Of a stretch of DNA of 64,000 nt, positions 35,984-45,442 are shown piece by piece. Made by a program: the position numbers and the translations under genes. Each line of letters begins with the position of its first letter. The first letter of the stretch is position 1. A model generated the notes under the pieces. That model worked only from the letters and a program-made list of their open reading frames with translations. It searched no databases and was not told the DNA's origin. The DNA lies in IMG/VR virus record IMGVR_UViG_3300043395_004688; one strand, 5' to 3'. Source of the DNA: a virus (taxonomy: Duplodnaviria; Caudoviricetes).

Positions 35984-38900
35984 TTAAATTGTTATCGTGG
36001 CGGCGCTGGTAATAATTTCAACATCGCTTACTGATGCACTACTGATAAAAATTTCATCATCGTCACAGCGAATCTGAAACATGTCGTTTGGAGTTAAGCC
36101 GGTCTGTCTAGGAATTAATGCAATACTGCTGATAATTCCGCCCAGTTTAGCATGTACCCAAGAAGCCATGTCTGTGAAATAAAATGTTTCCCCAAACTCC
36201 CAATTGTCAATGGAGAAATACTCATCTATGGCCTGGATTACTCTAGATCTAATTTCTGCGTCACTTATCTTGGTTCCGTCGCTTTTTGTAACTCGAATTT
36301 TAACTTGGTTACGCAAGTCACTACCAACACCAAAGATGATCTTAAAGTTAACAGGATGGAACACAATGGAATCACTGATGCTTTTTGCAGGAATCACAGA
36401 TGCCATTTGTTTCGACAAGGTAAATGAATCCGGAGGCAAAGGTCTTAGGCCTCTGCGACTTCCGCCGGCAATCCATCCTCTAAATTCTGCATTGAATTGA
36501 GATGTCAACACATACATGTCAATGATATTAGTTGTGGTTGGATTAATTCGTATGTCTCTTAGAGGAACATGATTGTATTGTATTTTCAATCCGGTTCTTC
36601 CTGGATATGGACCCAACTCTCCGGTGGTTCCAACTGCTGGCAATAGAGTATACTGTCCCGGTGCGTCAACAAGTTCAACACGATTCAAGGTTACGGTATT
36701 TCCACTAATCAGATTAGAAATTAATTCCGGATCATTTGGAATCAGTGTTTCTGCCAAGCCCGGAAGCCATACCAGTACTCGTTTGAAGTCATAGCGACTG
36801 TCATTTAACTTGTAATAGTCAACAATATCCAGCGTTAGTTCTTCATTGATGCCACTGTTCACTGTTAAAATTTTAAGTGTATCAGAAATACTACGACGAG
36901 TTCTTCGATCGAGACCTTTGCCAAATTTGGTATTGTAAAACGCCAACTGTCGCTCGCTGCCAAATGTTGTTTGATCTTTTCTTAGGTAAGAACTCCATGT
37001 TTCAGTAAGGGTGCTGTAAGTGAATCTCACTAACCAGCTTGAGTCTAAATTCTGATTGGTGTTGTTTCCTGCATTGGTCAGACTAAAACTGCTGGTCAAG
37101 TCAATGTTGTCCGCACGAATAATGCGCCAACGATCAAATATCTGATCGTATCTAAGAGCAAAATCTCTCAGAGCTGCAATTTCTTTGGCGATATCAACTC
37201 TTTCCGCTGCGGCAAACACAGTTCTAAGTGCAGGGAACCATGACAAAACACGCACCGGATCTGAGCTTTGAATTATTTTGTTTAAAAACACAGCGCCTTG
37301 ACCGTTTGCACGAAGTCCAGTGTTGACACCTAAGTTGTCTGTTAAGCCAAATCCTTCTCGATAAACATCACTAATTTTAGCCCAAACACCGTCAACGGTT
37401 TTAATCAATGTATTTTTGCGTAGATTTCTAAACTGGATATCAGGGTTACCTTTGCCAATTCTCAATGGTAAACCTTGACCATCATCTAATACAAAGTAAC
37501 CGTGGCTGATAGAATTTGATGTGTCAACTGTTTTCCAATACACCGTTTCGGAAGATATAATTGGTTGATAGTTCTTGTAATAAAACTGATGAAGTGATCG
37601 ATCAAGTAATTGATTTTCAATTACATTGGTTACCTCATCTTGACTCAGCCCAATATCAATTGCTGATTGCTCTACGACTTCGTCGGTGTAGATAAATCCG
37701 TCGTCAGCAAGAGATATTGCTGGTCTGTAAGTGCCAGTAGGATCTTGAAAATCACTGAACAAACTTTGTCCTGCATGAATTCTATTAATAGACTTAACCT
37801 TGGCAATGCCCCCAATCTTACCTTCAGGATATGTATTGTAATCGCTGCCGGTGATCATTCTTTCTTGACTTGCTGCGGTGCGACTTGCTTTGTTTTTGAT
37901 TTCTTCAATAGTTTCACCTGGAGAGTTTGAAACTATATCAGTCAATTGTAATGTTACTGTTAAGGTCTGCTTAACGCCCAGCGAGTCTAGATAATCAATA
38001 TAAATTTCTGTGTTATTCACATTGATTGGCACAAATGACACAGACTCACTTGCACTTTGCCTATACCAAACACGAATATTACCAGTGGGTATATCTGAGA
38101 ATACACCATCTCCAAATTTTATTGACACGGTGTCGTTTTCTCTTGTAATAACTTCAAAAAGTTTTCTAGTGTCTTTGTTAACATTGTTAAAAACAATGTT
38201 GTTACCCATGATGTTGGACACCTGTGTCCAGTTTTCTAAAATACGGCCGGTATTGTCAATGCTCTGCACCCAGACATCTGTATTGTTAATGCTGTCAGCT
38301 TCGATGTCAATTACACGATTTTCAATGCTTTCTGTAAGTACATAGTCGTCAAATCTTAGCCTTCCTTGCTTGAACATGAAAAACCAGCCGTTGCTTTGTG
38401 CCGAAAAGCCTGATCCATCATTGTTAAACAACAACGACAGATATCCGTAAGGATTAGGTACACTTTCAACTGCTAGCTGTGTTTCAATGTCAATGTTAAC
38501 CGGTACCAGCTCACAAGAATAGGAATTATTGTTTTTTCCTGTTAGGCCAATGGTTTCAACCATGGTTCTTGTTTCGAGCTGATCAATCTGGTACAGTTGT
38601 CTTGTTACGCCGTTGTCAACAATGCGACTGATTGGTCGCCCAATGGGGTTCAGCTTATTCAATGCTTGATTCATGATCAATGAAAACTGTTCGTTGAAAT
38701 CAGAGTTTAACGGATCGCCCCATACTATGGCTTGGCCGGCCAAGTTTGTGCCTCTGCTGTCTACAATATTTTGGGTAGTGCTAATAGAAGCAACTTTTAA
38801 AAATCCGCCAGCTGCAATATTTCTAGAAGGTTTGTAGCCAAGCTGACGAGCAATACTCAACACATTGCCGCGCACTTCAGCAGTTTCTAAGAAAGTTTCT

Positions 38901-39151
38901 CTTAGATTTAAATCACTGCGGAAAGCAATGTTTTGCCCCATGTAGGCCATAAGGTCAATCAGCGCAACATATTCGCTTGAGTTAATAAAATCGTTGAAAT
39001 CTTCGGGGTAGTTTACCTGTACATAATTTAATAATGCTGTTCGCAGGCTATCAAAATCATAGGCTTTGAAGTTTGCATTAGTCAAATAGCGATAGGTATT
39101 AACCCAATTTTCTGCGGCGTTTAGTTGCCCAAGTCGTCTAGACTGTGTCAT
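35984..39151 (-). CDS. gp6: Baseplate wedge protein
   Basis: DFDSLRTAL..Y....PEDFNDF, NLRETFLETA..RGNVLSIARQLGYKP, ETIEEIK..A......QERMIT..DY. Confidence 0.88.
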   Translation of the reverse strand: MTQSRRLGQLNAAENWVNTYRYLTNANFKAYDFDSLRTALLNYVQVNYPEDFNDFINSSEYVALIDLMAYMGQNIAFRSDLNLRETFLETAEVRGNVLSIARQLGYKPSRNIAAGGFLKVASISTTQNIVDSRGTNLAGQAIVWGDPLNSDFNEQFSLIMNQALNKLNPIGRPISRIVDNGVTRQLYQIDQLETRTMVETIGLTGKNNNSYSCELVPVNIDIETQLAVESVPNPYGYLSLLFNNDGSGFSAQSNGWFFMFKQGRLRFDDYVLTESIENRVIDIEADSINNTDVWVQSIDNTGRILENWTQVSNIMGNNIVFNNVNKDTRKLFEVITRENDTVSIKFGDGVFSDIPTGNIRVWYRQSASESVSFVPINVNNTEIYIDYLDSLGVKQTLTVTLQLTDIVSNSPGETIEEIKNKASRTAASQERMITGSDYNTYPEGKIGGIAKVKSINRIHAGQSLFSDFQDPTGTYRPAISLADDGFIYTDEVVEQSAIDIGLSQDEVTNVIENQLLDRSLHQFYYKNYQPIISSETVYWKTVDTSNSISHGYFVLDDGQGLPLRIGKGNPDIQFRNLRKNTLIKTVDGVWAKISDVYREGFGLTDNLGVNTGLRANGQGAVFLNKIIQSSDPVRVLSWFPALRTVFAAAERVDIAKEIAALRDFALRYDQIFDRWRIIRADNIDLTSSFSLTNAGNNTNQNLDSSWLVRFTYSTLTETWSSYLRKDQTTFGSERQLAFYNTKFGKGLDRRTRRSISDTLKILTVNSGINEELTLDIVDYYKLNDSRYDFKRVLVWLPGLAETLIPNDPELISNLISGNTVTLNRVELVDAPGQYTLLPAVGTTGELGPYPGRTGLKIQYNHVPLRDIRINPTTTNIIDMYVLTSQFNAEFRGWIAGGSRRGLRPLPPDSFTLSKQMASVIPAKSISDSIVFHPVNFKIIFGVGSDLRNQVKIRVTKSDGTKISDAEIRSRVIQAIDEYFSIDNWEFGETFYFTDMASWVHAKLGGIISSIALIPRQTGLTPNDMFQIRCDDDEIFISSASVSDVEIITSAATITI

Positions 39152-39525
39152 TCTGTTTCTGTTCCTTTATCGTAAACCAAAGGTAGTTGTACTTTTTCAT
39201 CAGCGGGCAAATACAAAACTTCAACCTTGACATTTAACGCATTTGGTTCTTCATCGATATCAACCGTTAGCAGTTGCCACCTTGGATCGTTTTTAATAAT
39301 ACTAACAACATCATCATTGATTTTTTTCTTAGTTTCTTCATCTAGTGGATCAAACAACAATTCCCAAATTATACTACCAAATGTAGGCATCATTACACGC
39401 TCGCCTTTGCGTGTACCAAAGTGGTTTAAGAGGTCTTGCTTGGCAAGATCTAAGTCGTAGCGAACTGGCGATAGAAAGCTGGTTCCTATCGAACTATATC
39501 CGCGAAATGAAGAAATCATTGGCAT
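39148..39525 (-). CDS. gp25: Baseplate wedge subunit (gp25/GpW family)
   Basis: LLNHFGTRKGERVMMPTFGS.IWELLFDP, DPRWQL; TAAATA 5 nt before ATG. Confidence 0.92.
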   Translation of the reverse strand: MPMISSFRGYSSIGTSFLSPVRYDLDLAKQDLLNHFGTRKGERVMMPTFGSIIWELLFDPLDEETKKKINDDVVSIIKNDPRWQLLTVDIDEEPNALNVKVEVLYLPADEKVQLPLVYDKGTETE

Positions 39526-39561
39526 ACACCTATTTAGCAGGTTGTATTATGCTGGGTTTTA

Positions 39562-41709
39562 TTAAGCAGTACGAGTTGGCGCACCTGGCGGATAATTTCC
39601 ACCAATATGTGGTTCACCGTACTTGTCTTTGAGCTGTGTTAAAGTCAAGCTTGACCCTTGCGGCACTTGCCCAGTGTTTAAGTATGTGCTTCGTTCATAT
39701 TGCGCTCTATGGGTTGGAGTTGGTTGTCCATAGGTTGTGTTAACCCTGGTTCCTGTTTGTCCACCGTTACCAAATTGGCCGCGCCAACTATTGTTTTCTG
39801 GTAATGGAACACGACCCGAAGATATGTCCCTGTTACCAGCAGCCTGTCCTTCATTCATTAAGCGTTCGGGTGATTTGACCACAGTACTGGCATTTGGCTT
39901 ACCAGTCATTGCATAATTTGCATCGCTGTTTCTAGCATTACTGCTGTTGTTATAAGGTGAATTAGCCCAGATTTTTGCAATATCTTCATTGGAAGCTTTA
40001 CCGTCTGGATTTTTAGCTGCTGCATCACATAGATCAGCAGCCATCCTATCGGCGGCTGCAGGATTACTATAAGAAGCCATGATTAATGCATCAATTTGAC
40101 TCTGGGTCAAGCATACATTTTTACCGGCTTTGGCTCGTTCTAGTGCTCTCATGACTCGAGGAGTATTTTCTCTGTCAACAATTTGTCGACTGGCCAGTCT
40201 GGCTTCGGCTTCGCTGGGTCCAGCAGCCAACGCTTGCTTTAGATTTTCATCAATTTTCCCGCCACCACCAGGGCCAAAAATGTCCAAGCGACAACCATAA
40301 CCAATGCTGTATCCTTGGAAGTCGCTGTACATAATACCTCGATAAGCTTCACGGCTTTTTAAGATTGCAAATCCTTCATCGCTGAGTTTAGATTGGGTAG
40401 GCTCTGGAACGCAATCCACAGCATTGGTAGCTTCGGGCGGCGGCGTGTTGTCTTCATAGCTTGACGCAGCCGGCGTGATAGTATTTGCCGGCACTCCTGG
40501 GCTACCAGGTGGGACTGTAGGCTGTTCACCTTGTCGATAGCTGTGGCCACCATAGGGTTCGCGTTCTGGTACACGACCGGCAACACTCTTGCCAACTTCG
40601 CTGTTGCTGGTCAAAGAGTTAGTGGCTGGTATTTCAGCTCTTTCAGCTGGCGGACCATTGAGGTCAATACGCTGTGCTGTCAGCTTCATTTGGCTGTCAG
40701 CTAGAATATTCATGTTCTGCCCGGCTGTTAATTTCATTCCGGTAGTTCCAGTGGCATTGAATATTTCACAGGCTTCGAGATTCCAATTTTGACCTGCTAC
40801 AGCATTGACATTTTGACCTGCGTCAATGTTGAAATTGTTTGGTGTTCTAAAATTAATGTTACCTTCGGCATTAACTGAGAAATCGCCCTTGGCGTAAAAA
40901 TCAATATTGCCAGCCGCATCAAGTTGGAACCACGCGGTTCCGGCGGCATTGATAGCATAGATATAGCCGCCACCATTGTCTAAAATAAGAGTGTTGCCTG
41001 ATGCTGTTTGTAATCTGATTTGTCCACCTGGCCCACCATTGGGGCCATCGTCGAGTACGATACGATGTTGACCAGGCGACAATATTCCATAAGCATTACC
41101 AGGCCCTTCGCTGGTATTACGAAACGGGCCTGCATTGCTGTGACCACGAGAAAGATCTTTGTCTAGACCTTGCCTGATAAGGTTATCGCCTTGCGGATGC
41201 TTTGGTCTATTTTCAACTTGGGCATCGGTTGAATTATTACGATTGCGCTCACCCACTGGTAACACTTCACCTTGATGTGTTTGTCCGGAGGCCACAGCTG
41301 GTATGGCATGTGTGTGTCCATCAGATGGTAAACAACACCACCAAACTCCCATGTGAATATCGCCATTGATAAAGGCACATACTACCTGCACATTTAGGTC
41401 TGGGGGAACTCCCCAAAAGCCATAACTTTGTTTGGTTTGTCCATATTTGGTTGCATCTTTAGCAGGCGCTTCGTCTTTGCCAGGATCTGCTGCTCCTGCC
41501 AATGGTGGACAATAACGAACAATAAGCCAGCTTGATTCATCTGACTCATCGGCGCTGCTCATCTGAGGGATCCACACCCACAGCTTACCTAAGCCAGTTG
41601 GGTCAACATTGCGTTTTACCTTGCCAATAAAAATTCCATTGGTCTTAAAGGTGCCGCTTGCAGCCGGGTTATGGTGGCTTAATCGTTCACCATTTGAGGT
41701 AGCTCTCAT
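39562..41709 (-). CDS. gp5: Baseplate central spike: OB-fold, beta-helix and C-terminal lysozyme-like domain
   Basis: GKVKRNVDPTGLGKLWVWIP, PPDLNVQVVCAF, 8-residue beta-helix repeats, then REAYRGIMYSDFQGYSIGYG...LTQSQIDAL (GH24-like). Confidence 0.8.
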   Translation of the reverse strand: MRATSNGERLSHHNPAASGTFKTNGIFIGKVKRNVDPTGLGKLWVWIPQMSSADESDESSWLIVRYCPPLAGAADPGKDEAPAKDATKYGQTKQSYGFWGVPPDLNVQVVCAFINGDIHMGVWWCCLPSDGHTHAIPAVASGQTHQGEVLPVGERNRNNSTDAQVENRPKHPQGDNLIRQGLDKDLSRGHSNAGPFRNTSEGPGNAYGILSPGQHRIVLDDGPNGGPGGQIRLQTASGNTLILDNGGGYIYAINAAGTAWFQLDAAGNIDFYAKGDFSVNAEGNINFRTPNNFNIDAGQNVNAVAGQNWNLEACEIFNATGTTGMKLTAGQNMNILADSQMKLTAQRIDLNGPPAERAEIPATNSLTSNSEVGKSVAGRVPEREPYGGHSYRQGEQPTVPPGSPGVPANTITPAASSYEDNTPPPEATNAVDCVPEPTQSKLSDEGFAILKSREAYRGIMYSDFQGYSIGYGCRLDIFGPGGGGKIDENLKQALAAGPSEAEARLASRQIVDRENTPRVMRALERAKAGKNVCLTQSQIDALIMASYSNPAAADRMAADLCDAAAKNPDGKASNEDIAKIWANSPYNNSSNARNSDANYAMTGKPNASTVVKSPERLMNEGQAAGNRDISSGRVPLPENNSWRGQFGNGGQTGTRVNTTYGQPTPTHRAQYERSTYLNTGQVPQGSSLTLTQLKDKYGEPHIGGNYPPGAPTRTA

Positions 41710-41712
41710 CTA

Positions 41713-43791
41713 TTATGCTCCTCCTCTGGTGCCTCGATTGCCACCAGTTGTAGGGCCTGTTGCTGATGCTTGGCCGCCGCCAGATGGCTGAGGATTGAAT
41801 GTAGAGCTTGTAGTAGCTCGTCGACCCCAAGGATTAGATAATTGATCTCTATAGCAATCTAAAGTAGATGTAAATTTTCCCTTAAAGAATTTATTGATAA
41901 CTTTTTTGCAGGAATAAATCCCTGTAATTGTATCGGCTTGTCTCAAATTCATTAAGTCGTCACTGGTGAAATCAGCTGCCGGAATAGTAGCTTGAAAATA
42001 GATAAAAGGTAGCCAGTTATGAGATGCTGTTTTTTTGCGTGTTTCGGCCATTTGCTCTTCTGTTAGATTCTTTGCAACATATTCCCAAACATCTTCTTCA
42101 TATGGCGGCTTACCTGGTGTACCAGGTATCTGAAACAAAAAATAAGGATCGCCAACTACCTCTAAGTTGATCGTTAGCATATCAGCCGAACCCTGTCCTT
42201 GCGAATTATTAATTTGTCTGTAAACGCTGTACTCTTGTGCATTCTGTGGTGACAAGGCTCCTTGTCTTGCATCCTGCTGAACTGTTGTATTAATGATTGC
42301 AGTCTGCGGCATGTGCGGATACCAATTTGGTTTTGGATTTACATCCAAGTCTTGGCCGGGCCTGTAGGGCACATCTTCAGCATAAGAAGCTTCACCAGAG
42401 CCAGTAACATTAATCATCCGAGCTTCATTGCATCTGACCGCTGTGTTTGGTCGTTGGCCACGCTGAGCTGGTTGTTGATTGCTGGCGCCTTGTGCAATGG
42501 GTTCTCCTTTTTCATTGACAAACAACGGTCTTACTAGACGCCAGAGATTATCAAGTTTGATGTCACAGTTGATAACTTCAGTGTTTTCACCTGTGTAAAT
42601 CCACTTGTAGGCTTTACGCAAAAGTCCCAGTTTTAAATATTCGTTGACTCGTTTATCTCTATTGGCTTGACTCCAGGCATCTTCGTATTCCCTAGCACCA
42701 ATGACATTTTTAGCATCCATTTTGGTTGTTAAAAAATACACTACTTCTTTGGCACTGGTTCCAATTTTATTATCAAACATAATTGCACCATTTTGCTCGC
42801 GTGCCTTTGCTCCACAAATAATGCTAAAGCTGCGAGGCAAGATATGAATAGTGTCTGGCTTGGTGTCTGTGGTATTGTATTCTTTCTTTTCTGGTATTCT
42901 ATGTAGATATGAAAGAATTTCTCTGCTTTGTGGCAAAGAATTTAAAATAAAATTTTGAATCGTAGTACCAGCGGGCATTTGTATAGAACCACGGAACCAG
43001 CCCCAACTTTGAACCATGCGGCCTAGGAAACTAAAATCAGCCATAGCTAGTCCTGCTATATCGCGATGCGGTATAATTTTATACACATGCGGGAAGCAGC
43101 GTTGGCCGGACTTAACCTTCTCTTCTTCGCGCTTGTTCAGTGCCTTAGCAAGGTCGTCGCAGAACTGTTGAACAGTTGCTGGGGTGCCTTCCATGGACAT
43201 ACCTTGCTCAATGTGCAAGTGGTCAGATTGCTGAGCAGCACCGGTTGCTGGATATAATTCAAAATCGTAGGTGCTGCCTTTATAGTCTAACTTCATCTTT
43301 AGAGTCATTAGTCGCACATACCAACGAAACACTAATTCTTCGCCGTCCCATCCTTTACAAACTTCAGGGATATCGCTGTCGGTGTTATATCCGTTGAAGC
43401 TCACCTCCAATAGGTATACTGCATCTGAAGTATTAGGATAGCCTAGATTCAACGCACAAATGGCCACAGATTCTATAAAACGACCACCAACCGGTTCAAC
43501 TAGTTTACCAGCAAACTTATGATATTGTTGCATGGCATAGGTGCCAGTAGCAGACCCAGTGCCAACAGTTTCAATAGTCATTTCTTCTAGATAGATAGTA
43601 CCACTGCCACCGGTTTCCCACATTATCATGCCTTTTTTATAATCATATGATCGTTGTGTTCTTTCCTGTGTTGCTTCAATTCTAGGCATCATTGTTAACC
43701 TAGTATTGTAAGTTACATTGCGATAATTCTGTAAGGGATTATAATGAATGTCAGGGATGCCGATATCATCCAAGTGATCTGGTTTTTGCAT
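41713..43791 (-). CDS. Baseplate hub protein (gp27/VgrG-N positional equivalent)
   Basis: Lies between the LysM/gp53-like gene and gp5; NPLQNYRNVTYN start, LEVVGDPY motif. Confidence 0.65.
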   Translation of the reverse strand: MQKPDHLDDIGIPDIHYNPLQNYRNVTYNTRLTMMPRIEATQERTQRSYDYKKGMIMWETGGSGTIYLEEMTIETVGTGSATGTYAMQQYHKFAGKLVEPVGGRFIESVAICALNLGYPNTSDAVYLLEVSFNGYNTDSDIPEVCKGWDGEELVFRWYVRLMTLKMKLDYKGSTYDFELYPATGAAQQSDHLHIEQGMSMEGTPATVQQFCDDLAKALNKREEEKVKSGQRCFPHVYKIIPHRDIAGLAMADFSFLGRMVQSWGWFRGSIQMPAGTTIQNFILNSLPQSREILSYLHRIPEKKEYNTTDTKPDTIHILPRSFSIICGAKAREQNGAIMFDNKIGTSAKEVVYFLTTKMDAKNVIGAREYEDAWSQANRDKRVNEYLKLGLLRKAYKWIYTGENTEVINCDIKLDNLWRLVRPLFVNEKGEPIAQGASNQQPAQRGQRPNTAVRCNEARMINVTGSGEASYAEDVPYRPGQDLDVNPKPNWYPHMPQTAIINTTVQQDARQGALSPQNAQEYSVYRQINNSQGQGSADMLTINLEVVGDPYFLFQIPGTPGKPPYEEDVWEYVAKNLTEEQMAETRKKTASHNWLPFIYFQATIPAADFTSDDLMNLRQADTITGIYSCKKVINKFFKGKFTSTLDCYRDQLSNPWGRRATTSSTFNPQPSGGGQASATGPTTGGNRGTRGGA

Positions 43792-44090
43792 TAGCGAACT
43801 CCCTGTATGTCTTTAGGAGCAAGTACTCGCAGTATCATTCCTGTTTTTAAGTCTCTCACTGGATCTTTTAACTGGTTTCTGTTTAGTAATAAAATTACCC
43901 ACCAAAATGCACTAGATCCATAAAGGTCGTAGCTTAACAGATCCAGCCTATATTGAAACTTAGGCGCCACAGTTACAAACTCTGGAATCTTGCCTTGCAA
44001 TAAACTTTGTGCTGTTGGCAAATTTGCAATATCAAGATAAAAGTCTTTGATATTGGTATTTGCATATTGATTTAAACCAGTAGTTGCCAT
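43791..44090 (-). CDS. Baseplate wedge gp53 / LysM-like protein
   Basis: YRLDLLSYDLYGSSAFWWVILLLN....DP..DLKTG..LRV. Confidence 0.8.
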   Translation of the reverse strand: MATTGLNQYANTNIKDFYLDIANLPTAQSLLQGKIPEFVTVAPKFQYRLDLLSYDLYGSSAFWWVILLLNRNQLKDPVRDLKTGMILRVLAPKDIQGVR

Positions 44091-44092
44091 TT

Positions 44093-44698
44093 TTAAATAT
44101 ATCCTTCACCCAGTAGCGAACCTGATTTAAATTTATCTAGCTCAAAATTCTTAACAACTTCAATAGGATTCATTTGCACTATCAAGGTAACAGACATATC
44201 AAACAGCACTGGCACGGCCTGTGCGTCATTGGCACTGGCTGCGGCAGCTTGAGAGTTTCCACTCTGATTGCCACCTGATTGAGTAGGACCGCCAGCAGTA
44301 ACATAATCAACATCGTTGGGGAAATCGTATTGAAAACTTTTTACCACCACTGGCACTTTGTTGTATAAACCATAGGCCGTAAATCTTCCAATTGGAGGCG
44401 GAGTTCCTCGTTTGGAATCATTTCTACCATAGTACATCATGGTAGCAGTTCTTAAAGTATGAATAGCTTCCAGCGTAGCCTGTGCTTCTGTGCTATCTCT
44501 GCTAAACCAAGGTCCGCTAATAACTATCTCAGGTGTGGCACGATTACCAAATGCGCTGGGCTGGTAGTTGGTGTGCTGTAGTTCCCAGGTCTGATAGTTT
44601 ACTTGGATGCCCTGGGTAATTTTGGGCGTTGCAGGCCATGTGATAGTTTTGCCCAAGGCCGCAAAAGATAGTTCTACTTTATTTCCTAAAATTGCCAT
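44093..44698 (-). CDS. Tail-tube initiator / baseplate tube-like protein
   Basis: TPKITQG..VNY...L.HTNY, GTPPPIGRF.AYG..KVPVVVKSFQYDFPNDVDYV. Confidence 0.7.
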   Translation of the reverse strand: MAILGNKVELSFAALGKTITWPATPKITQGIQVNYQTWELQHTNYQPSAFGNRATPEIVISGPWFSRDSTEAQATLEAIHTLRTATMMYYGRNDSKRGTPPPIGRFTAYGLYNKVPVVVKSFQYDFPNDVDYVTAGGPTQSGGNQSGNSQAAAASANDAQAVPVLFDMSVTLIVQMNPIEVVKNFELDKFKSGSLLGEGYI

Positions 44699-44699
44699 G

Positions 44700-45347
44700 T
44701 TATGCTAGCCTTGCATCAAATATGCGTTTGAGTTGTTGAACAGCAGATCCGCTTTGTGGGTAAAGGTCTGCTAAGATTGCTAAACGCTCTTCTTCATTAG
44801 CATCTTTATACATCTGTCTAATTTCGCTGGCGCTGTTGACCTGTTTGCCGAGAACTTTAAATTTTACATCTTTCACTGGAATCACATATCCATGTCCAGC
44901 TCTAGTACCGTCTGCATTCTTGCCGCTGTTAAGAGGCATCAGGCCCTTTTCTTTGTAAGGTTGAAGATATGATGCTGTACCATCCTTGAGCGGCTTGAAT
45001 GTAAACCTTGGGTCTTCAGCCATGTCTTTGCTGCCAACTCCAAAGACCAAAATATCTTTGTCAGGGTCAAGTCCAAGCTTGGCAATCAGATTCACTGGCG
45101 AATACGGTGATATTTCTTGTACAATATGTGATTCTGGAATGCCTGCGGCCACCATCATTGACATCTTTTCAGCAAAATCAAAAGGACTCTTTTCCGGCTC
45201 AACCTTGGCACTGGTAACGATGTAAGTATTGTCAGCACCAAATTTTGCGGCTAGCTCGCGGTAAACTTCAGTGTGTCCAATGTGAAAGGGGTGAAAGCGT
45301 CCAGCGTACACCGCTACTATTCTAGGTCTAAGGTCTGATATCTTCAT
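44700..45347 (-). CDS. HIGH-motif nucleotidyltransferase (cytidylyltransferase-like)
   Basis: AVYAGRFHPFHIGH, KSPFDFAEK, SASEIR; TAAATA 5 nt before ATG. Confidence 0.85.
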   Translation of the reverse strand: MKISDLRPRIVAVYAGRFHPFHIGHTEVYRELAAKFGADNTYIVTSAKVEPEKSPFDFAEKMSMMVAAGIPESHIVQEISPYSPVNLIAKLGLDPDKDILVFGVGSKDMAEDPRFTFKPLKDGTASYLQPYKEKGLMPLNSGKNADGTRAGHGYVIPVKDVKFKVLGKQVNSASEIRQMYKDANEEERLAILADLYPQSGSAVQQLKRIFDARLA

Positions 45348-45395
45348 ATGACTATTTACCGGTTGAGTTATCTACATACTTTACCACCAAAACCA

Positions 45396-45424
45396 TTGAC
45401 AACAGTCAGTGCAAATGCTACAAT
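45396..45424 (+). promoter_or_regulatory. sigma70-type promoter for the late sigma factor gene
   Basis: TTGACA-N17-TACAAT with TGC extension; SD AAGGAG downstream. Confidence 0.8.
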
Positions 45425-45442
45425 TAACGCAAGGAGACTATT

